DNA of 64,000 nucleotides from Thermaceae bacterium (GCA_015478585.1 JADMIM010000008.1:5784-69783); one strand, 5' to 3'. Shown: positions 44,666 through 56,073, counted from the first letter of the stretch. The notes: a model not told the origin generated them from the sequence alone. Program-made: numbers and translations.

Positions 44666-45697
44666 TCAATGCTGATTCAGGATGTGCTGGATTGCTGCTT
44701 CGAGCTGCTTGGCGGGGTCGGTCTCGAGCAAATCCGGCTCTACTCCCCGTCCTTCCCAGGTAGGGCCACTAAAGGGGGCCAGCACGCCGTTGGCAATCAG
44801 GGCTACGGCCCCATCGGAAAAACAATAGGGGGTTACGGCGTAGGTGTTGCCTGCGGTGCGGGTGCCAATCAAGTAGGCCCGCTTGGCATCTTTCAAAGCC
44901 CCGGCCAGCCCTTCAGCTGCCGAGTTGACCCCGCCATCAATCAATACCACCAAGGGTTTAAGGGTTTGCGGACGGCCTATCAGGGGTGGGGGGATGGTGG
45001 GCAGGGGGGCCGGGAACACCCCTCGGCTGACGATACGCCAGGGCACCCCGGTCATGAATACCCCGGCGACTTCGGCCATCCGCAGGGCCAACCCACCGGG
45101 GTTTCCCCGCAAGTCCAGCACATATCCCTTGGCCTGGGCATTGTAGCGACGCACGGCTGCTTGCAGGGCACCCAAGCCAATAGTGTCTACCAGATTGCTG
45201 AGCCTGACAATCACCACACCCGATTCGAGGCTGACCTCTGGCAAAGCGTAAACTCGGCCTGAAGAGGGGTTGTTTTTGGCTGGGGGCTTGCTGTTTTTGT
45301 CTTCACTGGGTGCTGTGGCAGTTGGGGAAGAATTGCCCGCAGGGCTCGAGGTTGCTTGGGGTGGGGTGAGGTCGGAGTCCTTGAAAGGCAGGGCCTGGCA
45401 CTGGCTGCCTCCCAGATATAGCCTGGCCAGCTCAGGGCTGAGTACCCTCGAGTGGTTATCCTCGAGGCGCTGATACATCTTGTCTAGCAAGCTATAAAGG
45501 CCATTCCAACTGTTTATACTGGGGAGTTTGGCCCGGTATTCGCTGCCAATAGCCTTCCAGTCGTGCCCGTTGTAGGTGGTTTCATAGAAACGGTCTTCGA
45601 CCAACTTCCAGGCTTCTTCAAAGCGCAAGGCATAGGGGCCGGGGGTCTGTGCAAAAGCTATTCCCAGCAAGCCCAGCAATACCATCAGCGGACGCAT
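44666..45697 (-). CDS. S41 family peptidase without PDZ domain
   Basis: Signal peptide, LEDNHSRVL, VLDLRGNPGG, VVLIDGGVNSAAE, EGRGVEPD; TATCAT -10 box 6 nt before ATG 45697. Confidence 0.8.
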   Translation of the reverse strand: MRPLMVLLGLLGIAFAQTPGPYALRFEEAWKLVEDRFYETTYNGHDWKAIGSEYRAKLPSINSWNGLYSLLDKMYQRLEDNHSRVLSPELARLYLGGSQCQALPFKDSDLTPPQATSSPAGNSSPTATAPSEDKNSKPPAKNNPSSGRVYALPEVSLESGVVIVRLSNLVDTIGLGALQAAVRRYNAQAKGYVLDLRGNPGGLALRMAEVAGVFMTGVPWRIVSRGVFPAPLPTIPPPLIGRPQTLKPLVVLIDGGVNSAAEGLAGALKDAKRAYLIGTRTAGNTYAVTPYCFSDGAVALIANGVLAPFSGPTWEGRGVEPDLLETDPAKQLEAAIQHILNQH

Positions 45698-45924
45698 AAG
45701 CGAATGATACCGGATTGCCCCAAAGACCCGTGGGTGTTCATCTCGATAAAGGCGGTTTTCACCTCGTCTATGAACTGCTATCACGGTTCTCTGCTCAGAT
45801 GGGGAAATATACTCAAGCCAGCCCAGGGTTCATGTAAACCACTTATCTGGTCTTGCTATACCGCGAACAACCCAGCAAAACAGTCTCCCCAAAACTGGGG
45901 AGACCGCAAAGGAACGAGCTAAAC

Positions 45925-48762
45925 CTAAGGCAAGGGGTTGACCAACACCGGAGTGCTGCTGTTGGTGGGGGTACCGTTACCTAGTTGACCGTAACTGCCC
46001 CAGCCCCAGCAGTAGGCTTTGCCATCGGAACTTACCGCACAGGTGCTGTCACTTGCCGCGATCTGGCTAAAGGTCACACCGGTGGGCATGGTGACAGCCG
46101 CAGGGACGTTGCTTTGGGTAGTGCTGCCGTTACCCAGTTGGCCGCTGTCGTTGCGCCCCCAGCAATAGCCTTTGCCACCCGAAGCTACCGCACAGGTTTG
46201 GTCACTGCCTGCCGAAATCTGGCTAAAAATTACACCGGTAGGCAGGATCAGGGCGGTGGGAGTGTTCGTGTTGCTGGTGCTGCCAATGCCCAGTTGACCA
46301 AAGTCGTCGTTTCCCCAACAGTACGTATTGTTATCCGAGCCCAAAGCGCAGGTGTGAGCATAGCCCCCTGTAATCTGGCTGAAGATCACACCTCTAGGCA
46401 TGGTGACGGCGACTGGGGTGGTGCTATTGGCGCTAATACCGTTAACGCCATTACCCAGTTGACCGACGTTGTCCCAGCCCCAGCAGTAGGCTTTGCTATC
46501 CGAGCCCAGAGCGCAGGTGTGGTAGCCGCCCGCCCCAATTTGGCTGAAAGTCACGCCGGTGGGCATAGTAACAGCGCTAGGGACGTTGCTTTGGGTGGTA
46601 CTGCTGTTGCCCAGTTGGCCGCTGGTATTATTGCCCCAACAGTAAGCTTTGCTATCCGAGCCCAGGGCGCAGGTGAAGCTAATCCCTGACGCGAGCTGGT
46701 TGAACGTCACCCCGCTGGGCATGGTGACAGCAGTGGGCGTGCTCTTGTTGCTAGTGCTGCCAATGCCCAGTTGACCGTAGCTGTTCGTTCCCCAACAGTA
46801 AGCTTTGCTATCCGAGCCCAGGGCGCAGATGTAACCACTCCCCGCCGCGATTTGAGTGAACGTTACGCTGCTGGGCATGGTGACTGCAACAGGGGTATTG
46901 CTGTTAGTGGTGCTGCCGTTGCCCAATCCGCCAGAGCCGTTATATCCCCAGCAGTAGGCTTTGCTATCTGAACCCAAGGCACAGTTCTGTAAATCACCGG
47001 CGCTGACCTTGAGTACACTGACGGCGATGCTCACCGACACCGATACCGGGCTCGAGGTGCTGCTGTTGTTCAAGGTGTCATAGGCTTTGGCGGTGTAGGT
47101 GTGTGGGCCGTTGTTGGTGGAGGTGTAGCTGAGGCTTTGGGTGTAAGGGCTGGTGGTGGCGGTTCCCAGCAGGGTTGTGCCCTCGTAGAACTCCACCTTG
47201 GCGATGCCCACGCTGCTAGCGGGGGTAGCGGTGAGGGTGATGCTGCCAGGGGAGGCCACGTTGGTGCTGCTGGCGGATAGGCTCACGATAGGCAGAGCGA
47301 TAATCTTCAGGCTCAAAGGGGTGGTCTGGATGATGCTACCGGAAGTGGCTTTGAGGGTCAGGGGATAAGTGTTTGTAGCTACGCCGCTAGTGACGCTGAC
47401 GGTAAGGCTTTGATTAACCGCACTGCCACTGAGGCTGAGGCTGCTGGGCGATACGGTGATGCCCGAGACGGGGTTGCCCCCGCTATCTACCAAGCTCAAG
47501 CTGACCGAACCCGTGAAGCCGTTGAGCGGCGTAAGGCTAGATTGGGTGGTTCCGCTGTTTCCTTGGAGCACCGGGAGGCTAGCCGGGTTCAAAGCCGCCA
47601 GAGTGAAAGTCGGGGTGGACACGCTAAGGCTGAGGGTGGCGGTTTTGCTGATACTCCCGGAGGCAGCTTGTAGGGTGAGGGTATACACCCCATCCGCCAC
47701 GCTACCCACGTTGATGGTGAGGTTTTGGTTGATTGCCGGAGTACTGCTCAGGCTTACGGCAACCGGTGAGGAAGCCAGGGTAATCCCCGATATCGGATTG
47801 TTTTTGCTGTCCACCACCGAAGCTAGGGTTACGTTGACCATACCAGTAAAGCCGTTGGCCGGAGTCAGGGTGGCCTGAGTGGTTGCGTTGCTGTTGGAAG
47901 CTAGGGTCAGGCTAGCGGGATTCAAGCCCAGGTTGAAGTCGGGTTTATTGCTGACTGTAAGGGCTAAAGTGGTGGTCTTATTGATGCTGCTCGAGGCGGC
48001 TTGCAGGGTCAGGGTGTAGCTGCCGGTACTGACGCTGCTAGCGATGTTCAGGGTGAGGTTCTGGTTAACTGGGCTAGTCCCACTGATATTTATCGCTACA
48101 GGTGAGGAAGCCAGGGTAATCCCCGATGTCGGATTGTTTTTGCTGTCTACCACTGAAGCTAGGGTGAGGTTGGCTGAACCCGTGAAGCCATTGAGGGGAG
48201 TCAGGCTGGCCTGGGTGGTTCCTGTGGCTCCAGGGGCGATGGTGAGACTAGCCGGGTTCAGAGCTGCCAGGGTGAAATCGGCGGCTGGAGCTGGTGCAGT
48301 AACGATCAGGGTGAAGGGCGTTTTCTGGCTCAGCGCTCCCAAGGTATTCTTAAGGAACAAGCTGTATTTACCAGCGGCGATAGTGCTGACCACATTCAGG
48401 GTGAAGGTCTGGGTGATAGGGCTGTTCCCGCTCACACTGAGACTAGCGGGGCTTACCGTAACCCCGGTGACGGGATTGCCATTGCTGTCCACTACGCTCA
48501 GGCTGATGCTCCGGTTGAGAACCGAGTCTGCATGGTCAGAACCGTAAGTTGTAGAGTTCCAGTCAGGGGTAACAGTAACCGGTAGGCTGGCAGTATTGCC
48601 GGGAAGCAGTGATACCGAGGCGCTACCCAAACTCAGGGTGTAAGCAGGGGAAGCCTGGCTGGTGCTTTGGGTGCTTCCACAAGCAGCCAGAACCAACAGC
48701 AGAGCCAGGAAAAAGAAACGCAGCACGGAGAGGTTGACGGTATATAAGGGATATGTCTTCAT
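45925..48762 (-). CDS. Surface lipoprotein: tandem Ig-like repeats, bacterial Ig domain and RCC1/BLIP-II-like beta-propeller
   Basis: Lipobox LAAC; four related Ig-like repeats; IAKVEFYEGTTLLGT..PY; about seven repeats of CALGSDSKAYCWG.N..GQLG. Confidence 0.85.
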   Translation of the reverse strand: MKTYPLYTVNLSVLRFFFLALLLVLAACGSTQSTSQASPAYTLSLGSASVSLLPGNTASLPVTVTPDWNSTTYGSDHADSVLNRSISLSVVDSNGNPVTGVTVSPASLSVSGNSPITQTFTLNVVSTIAAGKYSLFLKNTLGALSQKTPFTLIVTAPAPAADFTLAALNPASLTIAPGATGTTQASLTPLNGFTGSANLTLASVVDSKNNPTSGITLASSPVAINISGTSPVNQNLTLNIASSVSTGSYTLTLQAASSSINKTTTLALTVSNKPDFNLGLNPASLTLASNSNATTQATLTPANGFTGMVNVTLASVVDSKNNPISGITLASSPVAVSLSSTPAINQNLTINVGSVADGVYTLTLQAASGSISKTATLSLSVSTPTFTLAALNPASLPVLQGNSGTTQSSLTPLNGFTGSVSLSLVDSGGNPVSGITVSPSSLSLSGSAVNQSLTVSVTSGVATNTYPLTLKATSGSIIQTTPLSLKIIALPIVSLSASSTNVASPGSITLTATPASSVGIAKVEFYEGTTLLGTATTSPYTQSLSYTSTNNGPHTYTAKAYDTLNNSSTSSPVSVSVSIAVSVLKVSAGDLQNCALGSDSKAYCWGYNGSGGLGNGSTTNSNTPVAVTMPSSVTFTQIAAGSGYICALGSDSKAYCWGTNSYGQLGIGSTSNKSTPTAVTMPSGVTFNQLASGISFTCALGSDSKAYCWGNNTSGQLGNSSTTQSNVPSAVTMPTGVTFSQIGAGGYHTCALGSDSKAYCWGWDNVGQLGNGVNGISANSTTPVAVTMPRGVIFSQITGGYAHTCALGSDNNTYCWGNDDFGQLGIGSTSNTNTPTALILPTGVIFSQISAGSDQTCAVASGGKGYCWGRNDSGQLGNGSTTQSNVPAAVTMPTGVTFSQIAASDSTCAVSSDGKAYCWGWGSYGQLGNGTPTNSSTPVLVNPLP

Positions 48763-48829
48763 ACGTCACTAAACGTAGCGTAGAAGTCACGAATCCGATG
48801 CTGATTTGCACATCTGGCTAGTGAAAGCT

Positions 48830-48923
48830 TGGAGCGGTTTTCAGAAAGAATACAGCAGCCCACCCCGTTAGAAAGACGGTACCAAGCTCTTTTTTGCCAC
48901 TAGGAGTAGCGGCAGCCGCGATA
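48830..48923 (+). mobile_element. MITE-like element, subfamily 1
   Basis: GAGCGGTTTTCAGAAAGAATA...CCGTTAGAAAGACGGTACCAAGCTC...CCGCGATA aligns to the reverse complement of 139-246. Confidence 0.7.
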
Positions 48924-49167
48924 ATCTAGACCTTCGGCAAAAGCTTCTCCCATCATGAGGGTTAGGAGGGGGTAGTTCAACTTCACTGCGATATCAACCT
49001 CTCGAGGATGTTTTTGCGGCAGATATACTCGCTGTGGGATTCCCTCAGTCGCTTATTTGTAAAACTTGCTAATGATGGGGCAATCCTGGAAGAATCTCTG
49101 CGCAACAAATGCCCTTAGCCAAAACCTGCTATAGAAACGCTTCCAGCGAATGCGATAAGCTACTGCC

Positions 49168-50670
<1,503 letters not shown>

Positions 50671-50720
50671 GGATTTCTACCCTCAGCACAACAGATTCGT
50701 TCAGACCAACTGGGAATGCT

Positions 50721-50823
50721 TGGAGCGGTTTTCAAGAATAAGCGCCATTATCGCGGTTTCCGCTATTTTGGTACCGTCTTTCTAATGGAGTGAGCTGGCA
50801 TATTCTTTCCAAAAACCGCTCTA
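50721..50823. mobile_element. MITE-like element, subfamily 1 (internally deleted, nested ends)
   Basis: TGGAGCGGTTTTCAAGAATA, TATCGCGGTTTCCGCTATTTT-GGTACCGTCTTTCTAA and AAAAACCGCTCTA; a further right end at 51055-51069. Confidence 0.65.
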
Positions 50824-50905
50824 TCCTCGAGGCTTTTGTGTTGGGGACGCTAAAAATAATACCAGCTTCACCTAGAAGATATGCCTGTAGCCGGTAGGGT
50901 GGGTC

Positions 50906-50966
50906 TAGAAATCCCCCATCCAGCCCCGACCCGGCTTTGCACCATGAGCTTGGCGAGGTTTTTTAG
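50906..50966 (+). repeat. 61-bp dispersed repeat, copy 2
   Basis: TAGAAATCCCCCATCCAGCCCCGACCCGGC...CTTGGCGAGGTTTTTTAG. Confidence 0.75.
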
Positions 50967-51177
50967 GGGGAGATTGACACCTGTGGCCCCAAGGGGCGAA
51001 TGAATGCTCTTCTACATGAAGCTGGTATAACTCTGCCGCAGGGCAGAGTTATTATGGAAACCGCGATAGGGGAGAGCTATACTGAAGCCATCGAGGTTAT
51101 GTGGTCTCTCCAAATTGGTTTGCCAAACAAATCTTTTTCGGCGGGAGTTTAAAGAAAACTCCTTTTAGGAGGTAGTC

Positions 51178-52398
51178 GTGGGAAGGCTCGAGGCAATCCG
51201 CCAGGATTTTCCCCTCATTGTGGGGCGGCCCGACCTGGTTTATCTGGACTCCGCCGCCACCGCGCAAAAGCCCGCAGTGGTGCTCGAGGCTTTGCAGCAG
51301 TTCTATCTGCATACCAATGCCAACGTACACCGAGGGGCGTATGCCCTTTCCATGCGGGCGACTCAGGCTTACGAGGATGCCCGGCGGAGTCTGGCGCGGT
51401 TGGTGGGGGCCCAAGAGAACGAAATCATTTTTGTGCGCAACGCCACCGAAGCTTTGAATCTGGTGGCCTACGCCTGGGGCTTGCACAACCTGAAACCGGG
51501 TGATGAAATCCTGCTCAGCGAGATGGAACACCACGCCAACCTGGTGCCCTGGCACTTGATTGCTGGGCAGACTGGGGCTGTTATCAAGGCAATCCCCATT
51601 ACCCCCGATGGACGCTTGGATTTGGACGGACTGGACATCCTGCTCACTCCAAAAGTGCGGCTGGTCAGCCTGGTACACGCATCTAACGTGCTGGGGACGC
51701 TCAACCCCGTGGCCCAGATTGCCGCTTTGGCCCGCGATAAAGGAGCTTTGGTGGTGGTGGATGGGGCTCAGTCGGCTCCGCACCTCCCAGTTAGGGTCAA
51801 AGAGTTGGGCGCGGATTTTTTCGCTTTTTCTGGACACAAGATGGGCGGCCCCACCGGAGCCGGGGTGTTGTGGGGCCGCTACGAGGTTTTGCAGCAACTG
51901 CCTCCCTTTTTGGGCGGCGGCGAGATGATCAACGAGGTTTTTGTAGACCACTCCACCTACACTAAACCGCCCCAGCGTTTCGAGGCTGGAACCCCAGCCA
52001 TCGCCGAAGCCGTAGCCCTGGGGGTCGCGGCTGAATACCTGATGAACATCGGGCTCGAGCGCATCTGGGAACACGACCGCGAGTTGGTGCAATACGCCCT
52101 AACCCGGCTAGACCAGGAACTCCCCGAGGTGTGCACCTATGGCCCCAGGACTGCGGATCGGGGCGGGGTGATTGCCTTCACGGTGGGGGGGCTCCACGCC
52201 CACGACGTAGCTACAGCCCTCGAGCAGTACGGCATCGCGGTGCGGGCCGGACACCACTGCGCTCAACCGCTGCACCGCAAATTGGGGGTCGCGGCTACGG
52301 TGCGGGCCAGTTTCTACCTCTACACCACCCATGAAGAGGTGGATCGCTGGGTGGAAGCCCTGAAAAAAGTCCGCGACTTCTTCAAGGTCTGGCTATGA
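51178..52398 (+). CDS. sufS: Cysteine desulfurase, SufS subfamily
   Basis: YLDSAATAQKP, ANVHRG, SEMEHHAN, DGAQS, FSGHKM, FEAGTP, RAGHHCAQPL. Confidence 0.94.
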   Translation: MGRLEAIRQDFPLIVGRPDLVYLDSAATAQKPAVVLEALQQFYLHTNANVHRGAYALSMRATQAYEDARRSLARLVGAQENEIIFVRNATEALNLVAYAWGLHNLKPGDEILLSEMEHHANLVPWHLIAGQTGAVIKAIPITPDGRLDLDGLDILLTPKVRLVSLVHASNVLGTLNPVAQIAALARDKGALVVVDGAQSAPHLPVRVKELGADFFAFSGHKMGGPTGAGVLWGRYEVLQQLPPFLGGGEMINEVFVDHSTYTKPPQRFEAGTPAIAEAVALGVAAEYLMNIGLERIWEHDRELVQYALTRLDQELPEVCTYGPRTADRGGVIAFTVGGLHAHDVATALEQYGIAVRAGHHCAQPLHRKLGVAATVRASFYLYTTHEEVDRWVEALKKVRDFFKVWL

Positions 52399-52811
52399 GC
52401 CTTCTGGACGAGTTGTACCGGGAAACCCTGCTGCACCACTACAAGCACCCACACAACTTCGGCGAGCTAGCCGGGGCCACGGTAGATGCGCAGGGCGATA
52501 ATCCTTCTTGTGGCGACCAGGTGCGGCTGATGCTACGCCTCGAGGGGGACACTATCGCCCAGGCCCGTTTCGTGGGTCAGGGCTGTGCCATCAGCACCGC
52601 CTCGGCCTCAATGATGACGGACTTGCTGGAGGGAAAAACCATCTCCCAAGCCCTGAGGCTGGCCCAGCAGTTCAAGGCCATGATCGTAGAAGGTAGCTCA
52701 CCCAGCCCGGAGTTGGGCGAGCTGAGCGTCTTGGCTGGGGTACACCAGCTGCCTGCTCGAGTGAAGTGTGCCACCCTGGGCTGGAACGCCCTCGAGGAAG
52801 CCTTGGGGTGA
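52395..52811 (+). CDS. sufU: SufU/NifU-like sulfur transfer protein
   Basis: NPSCGD, GCAISTASAS, PARVKCATL. Confidence 0.92.
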   Translation: MSLLDELYRETLLHHYKHPHNFGELAGATVDAQGDNPSCGDQVRLMLRLEGDTIAQARFVGQGCAISTASASMMTDLLEGKTISQALRLAQQFKAMIVEGSSPSPELGELSVLAGVHQLPARVKCATLGWNALEEALG

Positions 52812-52893
52812 GTAGAGCCGACAAACTGCTGGGAGGGCAGCGACAAAAGTCCTATCGCTGAGGTGGGACAATCAAGGAGCAAAGGAGGGTAAT

Positions 52894-53712
52894 ATGCAAA
52901 CCCTCGACAAGCTGCAAATTCGCACCCTTGGGGAGGCCCAGGTGTGGGTCAATGGTAACCCGGTACAGTGGCGAGCAGAGTCGGCGCGGGAGCTATTTTT
53001 TTACTTGCTGGCTCACCCCGAGGGCCATACCCGCGAACACATCATTGAGGCTTTGTGGAATATAAAGTCCGATGCCAGCGCCAGCAACCGTTTTCGGGTC
53101 ACGGTACACCGCATTCGAGCGGCTTTGGGTTGGCCGGGGGCGCTGCTGGAAGAGTACAGCCGCTATCGCCTTTCCGAGGAAACCTTAGGGGCTTCGGATG
53201 TGCATGTGTTTTATCGGGTGCTCGAGCAGGCCGAGCGGGCTACTGGGCTTCGCCAACTCGAGCTATACCAGCAGGCTCTGGCCTTGTACCAAGGAGAGTT
53301 CTTGCCCTCGGAGGATGGCGAGTGGGCCTCTGAAATCCGGGAGCAGTTGCGGGCGGCCTATGCCCAGACCGAACTCAAGGTGGCCCACCTGTTGTGCGGT
53401 CAGGGGAAGTGCCGGGCCTCGGTAGCAGCACAGGCCAGAGCCCTACGGGCCGACCCCTACGTGGGCGAAAACCACCACCAGAGCTTTATGCGCTGCCTCT
53501 GGCAGCTCGAGGGTAAATATGCCTCGGTCGAGTATTATCGCCGCTTCATCCGCTTTTTGCGCGACGAACTGGGCGATACCCCGATGCCTGAAACCACCGA
53601 ACTAGCCGAAGAAATCAAACGGGGGGCGGATACCAATCTGGGCAATGCCCAAGGATGCCCCTTTGCCCAGCGCTTTGCCCAACCCTTGCTTCCGGCTCGA
53701 GGCCCGAACTAG
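52894..53712 (+). CDS. BTAD/SARP-type transcriptional regulator
   Basis: IRTLGEAQV, ELFFYLL, LALYQGEFL, DPYVGE, LRDELGDTP; no additional sensor domain. Confidence 0.82.
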   Translation: MQTLDKLQIRTLGEAQVWVNGNPVQWRAESARELFFYLLAHPEGHTREHIIEALWNIKSDASASNRFRVTVHRIRAALGWPGALLEEYSRYRLSEETLGASDVHVFYRVLEQAERATGLRQLELYQQALALYQGEFLPSEDGEWASEIREQLRAAYAQTELKVAHLLCGQGKCRASVAAQARALRADPYVGENHHQSFMRCLWQLEGKYASVEYYRRFIRFLRDELGDTPMPETTELAEEIKRGADTNLGNAQGCPFAQRFAQPLLPARGPN

Positions 53713-53720
53713 AGCAGGAT

Positions 53721-53875
53721 GCTAAACGTCTAACGCCAAAGGCCCAAAGCTGAAGGCTTAGAGTCAAAAACCTAAAAACACCAATCGCGTCCCAGACGGC
53801 GTTTCTTGGTAGGGCAATTATGCTGTTCTGATGTAGCTTTTTGGCCTCTCGTCTTTCGACCTTCGACTTTTAGTC
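53721..53875 (+). repeat. Heptamer-armed repeat with 56-bp core, copy 3 (core 53785-53840)
   Basis: CTAAACG TCTAACG CCAAAGG CCCAAAG... core TCGCGTCCCAGACGG...GTAGCTTT ... CTTTCGA CCTTCGA CTTTTAG. Confidence 0.78.
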
Positions 53876-53980
53876 CTTGGCTCTCTGCCCTCTGCTTCCC
53901 ACTTTCTCCAGGACGGTAACACCTTGGTAATGCCTTGCGCTTACCTTAAACCTCAGGATACCGCGAGGAGGGGAGTGGTC

Positions 53981-55105
53981 ATGCTGACGCGCGAACAGGT
54001 GAGAGCGATGCGAGAAGCACTGGAACAAATCGTTGCCCCAGTGCTGACCCTCTACATAGACATCAACCCAGCCCAACCCGACAACAGCCATAAGGCCGTG
54101 GGGTTGCGGGTAAGGGCGGCGCTGGAGGCTATCCCAGTTCCCGAGGCCATCCAGGCCCAGGCACTGGCGAAGCTGGAAGAACTGCCTCGAGGGCGTACCC
54201 AGGTAATTATCGCGGGGACAGACTGGGTACAGAGCTGGCATCTACAAACCCGGCTGCCCCTGGTAGACGGGGTTGAAGCCCGCTGGGGCAAGCCCTACCT
54301 GATGCCATTTTCCTATGCCCTGGACGAGGCTGAGCGCTTTGGGTTGGTCTGTCTCAGCCCCGAGCGGGCGCGGCTTTTCGAGGTGTTTTGGGGAGAAGTC
54401 GAGGAACTGCCCGGTGCTTTTCAGGCGGTCAATACCAGGGAGTGGAGGTCAATGAGCAATGACAGCACAGGCCGCCGCTTTACCGCAAGCCGAAGTATGC
54501 GGGCTGCGGGTGGAACCGATAGTGACCGTTTCGAGAACCGCCTGACGGCCTGGAACGAGCGGTTTCATCAGTACCTGGCGCGGGAACTTGAAGACTGGCT
54601 CGAGGTGCGGGGCATCACCCGTCTGGCCTTGATGGGCGACTCCCGCGAGATAGAAGCTTTTGCCAGCACCTTGCCTCGCCCCCTACACGAGCGAATCGCG
54701 CTCAAGCTGGCCGGTTCGGTTCCACGCCTCACGCCAGCGGCAGTGCTCAAAGCCGTCGGCTCGAGAATAGAAGCTTTCGAGCGCCAGTGGGAAAACGACT
54801 TGGTGAGCGATTTGCTAAGCCGGGGTGTGGGCGGGCTGGAGCGGGTGTTGAACCTATTGCAAGCGGGGCGGTTGCGGCTGGTGGTGGCTCCTTGGCGTGT
54901 TACGCAGCGGGTTTACCGCTATCCAGACGGTCGCATCCAGCTCGCAGAGACCCAGCAGTCCCAGCCTGTTGCCAGCATCCCGCTCAAAGACCTGCTGCCT
55001 GAGCTAGCTTCGGCCCAGGGAACTCGCCTGGCTTTCGTGCGCGATGAGGCCGAGACCCGGTTGCTCGAGGGTCTGGGCGGCCTAGGTGGGCTCGAGCGCT
55101 ACTAG
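53981..55105 (+). CDS. aeRF1-like (baeRF/VLRF1, Balon/Rv2629-like) protein
   Basis: LTLYIDINP, ERARLFEV, GGTDSDRF loop, LALMGD, VGGLERVLNLLQAGRL, L7ae-like C-terminus; no GGQ. Confidence 0.7.
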   Translation: MLTREQVRAMREALEQIVAPVLTLYIDINPAQPDNSHKAVGLRVRAALEAIPVPEAIQAQALAKLEELPRGRTQVIIAGTDWVQSWHLQTRLPLVDGVEARWGKPYLMPFSYALDEAERFGLVCLSPERARLFEVFWGEVEELPGAFQAVNTREWRSMSNDSTGRRFTASRSMRAAGGTDSDRFENRLTAWNERFHQYLARELEDWLEVRGITRLALMGDSREIEAFASTLPRPLHERIALKLAGSVPRLTPAAVLKAVGSRIEAFERQWENDLVSDLLSRGVGGLERVLNLLQAGRLRLVVAPWRVTQRVYRYPDGRIQLAETQQSQPVASIPLKDLLPELASAQGTRLAFVRDEAETRLLEGLGGLGGLERY

Positions 55106-55320
55106 AGCGGGTTTCATGAGCCTTGCACAGCATATATTAGGCCCTGCGCCATCAGTATCGCGCTCTTCATTTTTGCGGCTATCGGCCTGGGGCCGACTCC
55201 GCCCTCGGGTAGCGGCAGAGCGCATAGCCGCTCTGCGCATCCCCTCTCAGAGCCAACTGTCAATCTGGAACGCAGTTCTTGCAGTTGCCACTGGCTAAAT
55301 TAATATGAAGAGCACTCTAG
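55102..55320. mobile_element. MITE-like element(s), TIR variant
   Basis: CTAGAGCGGGTTTCATGA at the aeRF1-like TAG; TATCGCGCTCTTCA (55156) ... TGAAGAGCACTCTAG (55320). Confidence 0.5.
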
Positions 55321-55478
55321 ACTTCAGGCAAAAGCCCGGTTTTAGTCTCTCGGCCCTCTGGGAGAGGGATGCTACTTTCGCCGGAGGTTTACTTGCTGAA
55401 AGCACCGTCCCTCTACGACAAACCACGCTCTCAAACGTGGGCAGACAGGGTAATGATTCGGGGGCTTTCGGCTATGGA

Positions 55479-56072
55479 CTACCGACGAAAATAACTTTCA
55501 ATCTGGCCCAGCAAAACCAGGCCCGAGGCTCCGCTTTTCTCGGGGTGAAACTGCGGGGCGACCACATTATCGTGGGCATAGACCGAGGTATACAGGGTAC
55601 CGTGGTAGATGGTAGTTCCCAGGCTGCCTGCAACCAGCGGCGCGTAGTAAGAATGCACGAAGTAGAAATAGCGCTCCGACAGGGGCTCGAGCCAATCGCT
55701 AAACTGCACGGTGTTCCAGCCCATCTGGGGCACCCGCAGGGCCTTGAAGCGCCGCACCACTCCAGGAATCAGCCCCAGGCCCGCTATATCGGGGGCTTCC
55801 TGGGAAGACTCGAAGAGAATCTGCATCCCCACACAAATTCCCAGGAAAGGCTTTCCAGCAGCGATATGCTCCCGAACCCCCTCCTCGAAGCCCGAGTCCA
55901 AAAACGAACGCATCACCTGTCCGAAGTGGCCTTGGCCTGGCAGCACCAGCAGGTCGTACTTAGGAGCATCGGCGGGGTCGGCAGAGACCTGCACGTCGAA
56001 ACCAGCGGCTTCCAAGCCTTTGGCTGCCGAGCGCAAATTGCCCGAGCCATAGTCAATTAGCAGGGTTTTCAT
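55479..56072 (-). CDS. hisH: Imidazole glycerol phosphate synthase glutaminase subunit
   Basis: IDYGSGNLRS, LPGQG, GICVGMQ, PQMGWN, YFVHSY, QFHPEKS. Confidence 0.95.
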   Translation of the reverse strand: MKTLLIDYGSGNLRSAAKGLEAAGFDVQVSADPADAPKYDLLVLPGQGHFGQVMRSFLDSGFEEGVREHIAAGKPFLGICVGMQILFESSQEAPDIAGLGLIPGVVRRFKALRVPQMGWNTVQFSDWLEPLSERYFYFVHSYYAPLVAGSLGTTIYHGTLYTSVYAHDNVVAPQFHPEKSGASGLVLLGQIESYFRR

Positions 56073-56073
56073 G

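Noticed and set aside
51098-51152. 17-codon ORF upstream of sufS
   Set aside because: No Cys or regulatory signature and no attenuator structure
55305-56060. 251-aa plus-strand ORF
   Set aside because: Antisense to hisH and starts inside a repeat end
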